Shown in pieces: positions 17,734-26,182 of a stretch of 32,000 nucleotides of DNA (positions are counted from its first letter, which is position 1; every line of letters begins with the position of its first letter). The DNA comes from Polyangia bacterium (GTDB lineage Bacteria > Myxococcota_A > Polyangia > Haliangiales > JADYYK01): contig JBGASF010000085.1 of the NCBI GenBank assembly GCA_044229835.1, forward strand, positions 273 through 32,272. Direction: 5' to 3'. The notes beneath the pieces were generated by a model that was given only the letters and a program-made list of their open reading frames with translations, made no database searches and had not been told where the DNA came from. A program made the translations under genes and the position numbers.

Positions 17734-17764
17734 GAGCGACAGACTACCTGGGGTGGGGCGTGAT

Positions 17765-19549
17765 TCAACCGAAGCGCGTGCGCAGGGTGCGCACCACCTC
17801 GGCCTCGCGGGCCAGGCGGCGGCGCTCGGCGCCGAGCAGATCGCTGCGACTCAGGATCGCGACCACGGCGTGGGGCGCGGCGTGGCCCAGCACCGGGACG
17901 CGCCCGATGTCGGCCACCGCCATGATCTCCATGGCCTCGCGCAGGGTGGCGTCCTCGCGCACCGCGTGCACCGGGCCGGCGTGCAGGGCGGCGCGCACCG
18001 GGTCGCTGGCGGGGCGCGCGGGATCCAGCAGCTCGTCGCGGGTGACCATGCCGACCAGGACATCGCCGTCGACCACCGGGAAGCTGTGGTGCGCGGCCGC
18101 GGGGGCGTCACTGGCCAGCCAGGCGCGCACCTCGGCCAGCGAGCGCGCAGCGCCCAGCGTGCTGGGCGGGCGGCTGGCGACCTCGTGCACGCGCAGCTGG
18201 TGCAACGGATCGATCTCGTACTCGTCGGGCACCCGGGCGCCGCGCCGGGCCAGCTTCTCGGTCATGATCGACGTGCGCATGGTCAGGCTGGCGCTCAGGT
18301 AGGCCGCGCTGCAGCCGGCCAGCAGAGGGAGCAGCCCGCCCTGGTGGCGCGTGGTCTCGTAGGCGAACACCACCGAGGCCAGCAGCGCGCGCGAGGCGCC
18401 CGCGAACATCGCGGCCATGCCGACCAGGCCGGCGATGCGGATGTCGATGCCGAGGCCCGGCCACAGCGCGATCAGCCCGCCGCCGAGCAGCCCGCCCAGG
18501 CCGGCGCCCAGGGTGAACAGCGGCGCCAGCGTGCCGCCCGAGGTGCCGCTGCCCAGCGAGATGGTCCATGACACCCACTTGGCCAGCACCAGCAGCGCGA
18601 TCGCCCTGGGCAGCATGGCGCCCGAGGCCAGCGCCTCGATGTTGTCGTAGCCGACGCCCATGGTGCGCGGCGACAGCCAGCCGATGACACCGACCACCAG
18701 GCCGCCCAGCGCGGGCCACCACATCCAGTGCAGGCGCAGGCGTTCGAAGGCGTCCTCCACGGCATAGACCAGGCGCGACACCCCGGCCGAGGCCACGCCG
18801 ATGACCGCGCCGATGGCGACATAGCCGAGCAGGGCGGCGCCCGCGGGCTCGCTGATGTCGGGCATCAGGAAGGCGGGGTGGCTGCCCAGGAAGGCGATGC
18901 GCACCGCGGCGGCGGTCGCGGCGGCCAGCGCGACCGGGATCAGCGAGCGCGGGCGCAGCTCGAACAGCAGGAGCTCGATCGCCAGCAGGACGGCGGCGAC
19001 CGGGCTGCCGAAGGTGGCCGACATGCCCGCGGCGGCGCCCGCGGCCAGCAGCGTCTTGCGCTCGCCGTGGGTGACCGGCAGCAGCTGGCCGAGCAGCGAG
19101 CCCAGCGCGCCGCCGGTGGCGATGATGGGGCCCTCGGCGCCGAAGGGGCCGCCGGTGCCGATCGAGATGGCGGCCGACAGCGGCTTGAGGATGGTCATGC
19201 GGGCGGGCACCTTGCTGTCGTTGTAGAGCACCTGCTCCATGGCCTCGGGGATGCCGTGGCCACGGATGGCGGGGCTGCCGAAGCGCGCCATCACGCCGAT
19301 GAGCAGCGCGCCGGCGACCGGGATGGCGATGACCCAGGGGCCCAGGTGGTGGCCGGCGGGGCCGACCCAGCTGGCGCTGAGGCGGCCGTGGAAGGCCAGG
19401 TTGGTGATGAGGGCGATGAGGTGGGTCAGCCCCTGCGCGGCCACCGCGGCGGCGGCGGCGACCAGGACGGCGAGCAGCGAGATGGCGACCACGCGGGGGG
19501 TGATGACGGCACGCGACGCCGAGGTCTGCCGTGGGTCAGGTCCGGGCAT
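17765..19549 (-). CDS. ClC-family chloride channel/antiporter with a C-terminal CBS-domain pair
   Basis: ClC selectivity motifs: GHGIPE, GTGGPFGAEGPI (GxEGP), GSGTSGGTLAPLF (GxFxP-like). There are more than 10 TM segments. The C-terminal 130 aa has two CBS-like repeats (VHEVASRPP...FPVVDGDVLVGMVTRDELL; VREDATLREAMEIMAVADIGRVPVL). Confidence 0.9.
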   Translation of the reverse strand: MPGPDPRQTSASRAVITPRVVAISLLAVLVAAAAAVAAQGLTHLIALITNLAFHGRLSASWVGPAGHHLGPWVIAIPVAGALLIGVMARFGSPAIRGHGIPEAMEQVLYNDSKVPARMTILKPLSAAISIGTGGPFGAEGPIIATGGALGSLLGQLLPVTHGERKTLLAAGAAAGMSATFGSPVAAVLLAIELLLFELRPRSLIPVALAAATAAAVRIAFLGSHPAFLMPDISEPAGAALLGYVAIGAVIGVASAGVSRLVYAVEDAFERLRLHWMWWPALGGLVVGVIGWLSPRTMGVGYDNIEALASGAMLPRAIALLVLAKWVSWTISLGSGTSGGTLAPLFTLGAGLGGLLGGGLIALWPGLGIDIRIAGLVGMAAMFAGASRALLASVVFAYETTRHQGGLLPLLAGCSAAYLSASLTMRTSIMTEKLARRGARVPDEYEIDPLHQLRVHEVASRPPSTLGAARSLAEVRAWLASDAPAAAHHSFPVVDGDVLVGMVTRDELLDPARPASDPVRAALHAGPVHAVREDATLREAMEIMAVADIGRVPVLGHAAPHAVVAILSRSDLLGAERRRLAREAEVVRTLRTRFG

Positions 19550-19555
19550 TTCGAG

Positions 19556-19577
19556 ATTCCATGGGATCCCATGGAAT
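19556..19577. promoter_or_regulatory. perfect 22-bp palindrome ATTCCATGGGATCCCATGGAAT, 6 nt upstream of the ClC start codon (operator and/or RBS-occluding hairpin)
   Basis: Read directly. It is perfectly self-complementary and AT-rich relative to the surrounding DNA. On the minus strand it is followed by ctcgaa-ATG (ClC start), and a TTGACG -35-like hexamer lies about 15-20 nt upstream of it. Confidence 0.5.
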
Positions 19578-19601
19578 ATGACCGAGGCGGATCCGTCAAG
19601 C

Positions 19602-19655
19602 CACGAGCACGAGCACGGGCACGGGCACGGGCACGAGCACGGGCACAGGCACGCG
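19602..19655. repeat. intergenic imperfect hexanucleotide microsatellite (CACGRG) x 9
   Basis: cacgag cacgag cacggg cacggg cacggg cacgag cacggg cacagg cacgcg. It lies between the MarR stop and the ClC start. Confidence 0.9.
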
Positions 19656-19664
19656 TGCCCGTGC
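19637..19664 (-). terminator. hairpin downstream of the sigma/MarR genes (GCACGGGCAC-N8-GTGCCCGTGC)
   Basis: A 10-bp perfect stem is built partly from the last microsatellite units. It lies 25 nt downstream of the MarR stop on the minus strand. There is no U tract. Confidence 0.4.
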
Positions 19665-19688
19665 GAGCGTGTCAGCGGGTGGGGGAGG

Positions 19689-20189
19689 TCAGGCGCGGCG
19701 CGGGCGGCGCGTGCTCGGGCGCGGCGACTCTTCGAAGAACATCGTCGGCGGCTCGGAGTCGATCCCCATGGCGGCGCTCAGCGCCTCCATCGAGGTGCGC
19801 AGCGCCTTGCGGGTGGTCGGTGACAGCGAGCGGATGGCGGCGATGAGGCCGACCTGCACCGGCATCGGCGCGCGCGCGCACAGGGCGCGGCCGGCGGCCG
19901 TCAGAGACAGCTCGCGGCGGCGGCGATCCGCGGCCGACGGTGTGCGCGCGACCAGGCGGCGCGCGACCAGGCGCGCGACCACCACCGAGACCGAGCTGGG
20001 ATCGGTCAGGGTGCGGCTGGCCAGCTCGGCCAGCGAGGCGGCTGGGCTGTGGCCGAGCTCGTGCAGCACGAACAGCTGGGCCCCGCTCAGGCCGACGCTG
20101 TTCTCGGCGCGGTGGGCGGAGGTGCGCAGCGCGCGGACGATCCGTCGCAGCGCGTCGAGCGCCTGGGAGGCATCGTCGCCAGCATGCAT
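19689..20189 (-). CDS. MarR-family transcriptional regulator
   Basis: Winged-helix region LSGAQLFVLHELGHSPAASLAELASRTLTDPSSVSVVVARLVARRLVARTPSAADRRRRELSLTAAGRAL. The ATG at 20189 was chosen; TTG at 20225 is possible. Confidence 0.85.
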   Translation of the reverse strand: MHAGDDASQALDALRRIVRALRTSAHRAENSVGLSGAQLFVLHELGHSPAASLAELASRTLTDPSSVSVVVARLVARRLVARTPSAADRRRRELSLTAAGRALCARAPMPVQVGLIAAIRSLSPTTRKALRTSMEALSAAMGIDSEPPTMFFEESPRPSTRRPRRA

Positions 20190-20245
20190 GAGGTCCGTGT
20201 TATGCGACCGCTGCACATTCGTCAAGCGCAGACAATGCGCGCGGT

Positions 20246-20764
20246 TCAGGACGCCATGCAGGCGCGCAGGCGCAGCTTGGCGCGGTGCAGCTGCACCGCC
20301 ACGTTGCCCGGGCTGGTGCCCAGCAGGCGGGCGACGTCCTCCCCTGGGACCTCGTCGACCAGGCGCAGATCGGCGACCGCTCGCTGCATGGCGCTGAGGG
20401 TCGAGGCGCAGCCCACCGCGAGCGCGTGGGCCTCGGCCTGCTCGACCAGCTGGTCGGCGCCGGCGCGCTCGGCGGGCAGCGCGGCCAGGGTGGCGTCATC
20501 ACCGAGGTGGCTGCGCGCGCGATCGTGGCGGCGGCGGCGGTTGCGCGCCAGGTTGCGCGCCAGCACCGTCAGCAGCTTGGCCGAGTCGTCGGGCGCCTCC
20601 ACCAGCAGGCGGGCCTGGGGCAGGGTCAGGAAGCTGTGGAAGGTGTCCTGCACACAGTCGAGGGCGTCCTCGGCATCGAGGCCCTCGCGCCGGGCGACGC
20701 GGATCAGGCGCGCGCGCTGCTCATGCACCAGGTGGGTGACCCAGCCCAGGAAGGTGCTCTGCAT
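20246..20764 (-). CDS. ECF-type RNA polymerase sigma factor (sigma-70 family, group 4)
   Basis: Region 2: LIRVARREGLDAEDALDCVQDTFHSFL. Region 4 HTH: LSAMQRAVADLRLVDEVPGEDVARLLGTSPGNVAVQLHRAKLRLRA. Length is 172 aa. Confidence 0.88.
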   Translation of the reverse strand: MQSTFLGWVTHLVHEQRARLIRVARREGLDAEDALDCVQDTFHSFLTLPQARLLVEAPDDSAKLLTVLARNLARNRRRRHDRARSHLGDDATLAALPAERAGADQLVEQAEAHALAVGCASTLSAMQRAVADLRLVDEVPGEDVARLLGTSPGNVAVQLHRAKLRLRACMAS

Positions 20765-20776
20765 GACGGCAAGATA

Positions 20777-21274
20777 TCACCTCCGTTCGGGCCGCAAGAT
20801 GAGGCAGGTCGAGGTCGCGTGGGCGCACAGCTCACCGGCGGCGTCGTACAGGTGGGCCTGCGAGGTCGCCACCCGTGAGCCGGCGCTGAGCACGCTGCCC
20901 TGGCAGCGCAGCCGCCCGCTGGCGCTGGTCACGGCGCGCAGGAAGGACACCTTGAGCTCGAGCGTGGTGTAGCCCACCCCGGCGGGCAGCGTGGAGTGCA
21001 CCGCGGCGCCCGCGGCGGAGTCGCACAGGGTGGCCAGCACGCCGCCGTGCACCGAGCCGATCGGGTTGTAGAGGTACTCGCCCGGGGTCAGCTCGAAGAC
21101 CACGCGCCCGACGTCGACCTCGGTGAGCTGGAAGCCCAGGCACTCGGCCACCGGCGCGGCCTGGATGATGTCGCGTCCGGCGATCGAACGCAGGAACTCG
21201 ACCCCGGGCAGCTCGCGGGCGCGGGCGGCCACGGCGCTGGGGTCATGCCACTGGAAGCTGCGGGTTCTGTCCAT
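20777..21274 (-). CDS. PaaI-family (hotdog fold) thioesterase
   Basis: NPIGSVHGGVLATLCDSAAGAAVHS is the signature of the PaaI / 'uncharacterised domain 1' hotdog thioesterases, followed by TLELKVSFLRAV and GRLRCQG..LSAGSRVATSQAHLYD. The ATG at 21274 was chosen inside ORF 20777..21433. Confidence 0.8.
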   Translation of the reverse strand: MDRTRSFQWHDPSAVAARARELPGVEFLRSIAGRDIIQAAPVAECLGFQLTEVDVGRVVFELTPGEYLYNPIGSVHGGVLATLCDSAAGAAVHSTLPAGVGYTTLELKVSFLRAVTSASGRLRCQGSVLSAGSRVATSQAHLYDAAGELCAHATSTCLILRPERR

Positions 21275-21399
21275 GCATGTAGAGGTGCCGAGGCGGGCGG
21301 ACATTACAGCCCCAGCGAAGCGCAGCTTCGCAAAGGCTGCTCTGGCTCCGTCCCAGCCAGCAAGTGGCCGAAACCTGGCGGCCTCGGCGGCGCGCTCGC

Positions 21400-21405
21400 T
21401 ATACT
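21400..21405 (+). promoter_or_regulatory. -10-like hexamer TATACT exactly 6 nt upstream of the GTG at 21412 (possible leaderless transcript)
   Basis: cgcTATACTcggcccGTG with no Shine-Dalgarno. The AT-rich hexamer stands out in GC-rich DNA. The geometry is identical to 11651/11663. Confidence 0.25.
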
Positions 21406-21411
21406 CGGCCC

Positions 21412-24138
<2,727 letters not shown>

Positions 24139-24156
24139 CGCGTCGCGCTCGAGGGC

Positions 24157-25725
24157 TCAGGGCGTGGCGGCGGAGTCGAGGCGCAGCCGGGTGATCAGGG
24201 CGTGGCCACCGTTGCGCGGCACGTAGCCGCCGTCGGAGCCGCTGCCGGTGCGCGTCAGCACCCGGCGGGCGTCGATGCCCTGGGCGACCAGGTACTCCTT
24301 GACCTTGCGCGCGCGGATGCTGGCGACCGTGAGGGGGTGGTAGTTGTCGCTCTCGAGCGAGCCCGAGAAGCCGGTGACGCGGACGCCCAGGGTGGGGTCC
24401 TGGCGCAGCTCCTCGACCAGCAGGTCGAGGAACACGTCGGCCTTGGTGGAGACCACGGCGTCGTTGCTGGTGAAGCCGACCTTGAGGGGCTTCAGGCCGA
24501 GGTCGGTCCAGGTGGCGCCGTCATAGTCGATGGTGGCTGCGGGGGAGGGATCGAACAGGGGATCGGGGACGGGGCTCGGGTCGGGAGTGGGCTCCGGGGT
24601 CGGGTCGAAGAGCGGGTCGGGCGTGGGCTCCGGGGTCGGGTCGAGCAGCGGGTCGGGCGTGGGCTCGGCGGAGGGGTCGATCCCGGTCGGCACGGCGGCA
24701 TCGGCTGCGGCGGCGAGTGCGTGGTGAGGTGTGGGCTCGGGGCGCGTGGCCAGGTAGCCGACCACGCCGGCGAAGACCACGACGGCGGCGGCGAGCGCGA
24801 GCCACAGCGCGGCGCGGCCCCTGGCGCGCGGGGGCGCGGACGTGCTGGTGCTGGTGGACGTGCTGGTGCTGGGGGACGTGCCGGGGGGCCGCAGCGCCGC
24901 GGCCATCTCGTTACAGCTGGCGAAGCGCTGCGTGGGGTCGACCGCCAGGGCGCGCCGGATCACCGCGGCGATGCCGGGATCCAGCCCGGGTCGCACCTCG
25001 TCGGCGGGGCGCTGGCCGCCGCGCACGATCTTCTCCATCACGTCGAAGTCGCTGTCGCCGCCGAAGGCCGGCTCGAGGGTGGCCAGCTCGTACAGCAGCG
25101 CGCCCAGCGAGAACACGTCGGAGCGCGGCGTGACCTCCTTGGCGCGGCGGATCTGCTCGGGGCTCATGTACGACAGCGTGCCCATGCGGGCGTCGGCGTG
25201 GGTCGAGCGCTTCTTGCCGCTGCCCGCGGCGGCCTCGACCTTGGCGATGCCGAAGTCGCCGACCTTGGGGACGAGCGGCGCGCCGGGACGCCGCTGCAGC
25301 AGGACGTTGGCCGGCTTGAGGTCGCGGTGGATCACGCCGCGGGCATGGGCGTGGCCGACCGCGGCCAGCACCGGCAGCATCAGCGCGCGGATGACCTCGG
25401 CCTCGGGCGGGCGCTTCTGCTCGGCCAGCCACCCCTCCAGCGAGGGGCCCTCGACCAGCTCCATCACCAGGGCCGCCACCGAGGCGGTGGCCACGATGCC
25501 GGTCACCTTCACGATGTGCGGATGATCGAGGACCTTGGCGCCCAGCTTGGCCTCGTCGAGGAAGCGCTGGCGGGCGTCGGCGTTGGCGCGCACCTCGGGA
25601 TCCAGCACCTTGAGCGCGTGCAGCGTCTCCAGCAGGGCGTGGCGCACGCGATACACCCGCGCCATGCCCCCGCCGCCGAGCTCGGCCTCGACGACATAGT
25701 CCCCGATCTGCGTCCCTGGCTGCAC
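24157..25725 (-). CDS. Ser/Thr protein kinase with (Ser-Thr)n linker, one TM, a Pro-rich tandem-repeat spacer and a C-terminal OmpA-like (peptidoglycan-binding) domain
   Basis: Kinase motifs: GGGGMARVY, ALKVLD, HRDLKPANVLL, DFGIAK, GTLSYMSPE. Then TSPSTSTSTSTSTS, and the TM segment AALWLALAAAVVVFAGVVGYL. Then the DPxxDPTPEPTPDP repeats. The C-terminal FTSNDAVV...LDLLVEEL...VRVTGFSGS...ASIRARKVKEYLVAQGIDARRV fits the OmpA_C pattern. GTG start at 25725. Confidence 0.85.
   Translation of the reverse strand: MQPGTQIGDYVVEAELGGGGMARVYRVRHALLETLHALKVLDPEVRANADARQRFLDEAKLGAKVLDHPHIVKVTGIVATASVAALVMELVEGPSLEGWLAEQKRPPEAEVIRALMLPVLAAVGHAHARGVIHRDLKPANVLLQRRPGAPLVPKVGDFGIAKVEAAAGSGKKRSTHADARMGTLSYMSPEQIRRAKEVTPRSDVFSLGALLYELATLEPAFGGDSDFDVMEKIVRGGQRPADEVRPGLDPGIAAVIRRALAVDPTQRFASCNEMAAALRPPGTSPSTSTSTSTSTSAPPRARGRAALWLALAAAVVVFAGVVGYLATRPEPTPHHALAAAADAAVPTGIDPSAEPTPDPLLDPTPEPTPDPLFDPTPEPTPDPSPVPDPLFDPSPAATIDYDGATWTDLGLKPLKVGFTSNDAVVSTKADVFLDLLVEELRQDPTLGVRVTGFSGSLESDNYHPLTVASIRARKVKEYLVAQGIDARRVLTRTGSGSDGGYVPRNGGHALITRLRLDSAATP
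24578..24683 (-). repeat. 36-bp tandem repeat (about 2.9 copies) encoding the 12-aa Pro-rich unit DP(L/F)(L/F)DPTPEPTPDP
   Basis: Units 24578-24613 and 24614-24649 differ at only a few positions. A third, partial unit follows and a degenerate one precedes (from about 24542). Confidence 0.85.
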
Positions 25726-25792
25726 GAATCCCCCAGGCCATAGTACCCCGTGGCATGATGAAGTGATGCCTGGGGCCGGAGCGGGGGCAAGC

Positions 25793-26182
25793 ATGGCTGA
25801 GCTGTCGGTTCTCCTGGTCGAGGACAACGAGCAGAACCTCGAGCTGGCGCAGTTCCTCCTCGAGGAGGCCGGCGTCGCCGTCGCGGTGGCGCGGGACGCC
25901 GACGCGGCGCGCGCGGCCTGGGGCCAGCCCGGGCTGGGCTGTGTGCTGATGGACATGGATCTCGGCGGCACCGACGGCCTGACGCTGGTGCGCGAGCTGC
26001 GCGCGCAGCCGGCCACCGCGACCCTGCCGGTGATCGCGCTGACCGCCCACGCCATGCGGGGAGATCGCGAGCGCTTCCTGGCCTGCGGCTGCTCGGGCTA
26101 CATCGCCAAGCCGATCCAGCCCCGGCTGTTCGTGGACGAGGTCAGGAAGATCACCGCCGCCGCGGGTGGGGGCGCCCGGTGA
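25793..26182 (+). CDS. single-domain response regulator (CheY-like receiver)
   Basis: VLLVEDNEQNLEL, phospho-acceptor context VLMDMDLGGTDG, IALTAHA, YIAKP (conserved Lys). It lies 67 bp from, and divergent to, the STPK-OmpA gene. Confidence 0.88.
   Translation: MAELSVLLVEDNEQNLELAQFLLEEAGVAVAVARDADAARAAWGQPGLGCVLMDMDLGGTDGLTLVRELRAQPATATLPVIALTAHAMRGDRERFLACGCSGYIAKPIQPRLFVDEVRKITAAAGGGAR

Noticed and set aside
19550-19688. A fluoride (crcB-motif) riboswitch upstream of the ClC-family gene.
   Set aside because: The minus-strand leader lacks the conserved GGnGAUG...CUGAUGAU-type core. The protein is a long ClC with CBS domains, not the short CLC-F type.
19578-19823. A + strand ORF reading through the CACGRG microsatellite as a His-rich peptide (MTEADPSSHEHEHGHGHGHEHGHRHACP...), reminiscent of a metal-binding peptide.
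   Set aside because: It has no RBS and runs antisense through the well-supported MarR gene for more than 130 nt. Its His-rich character is simply the translation of the hexamer repeat. It could only be real as a much shorter product, and I have no evidence for that.
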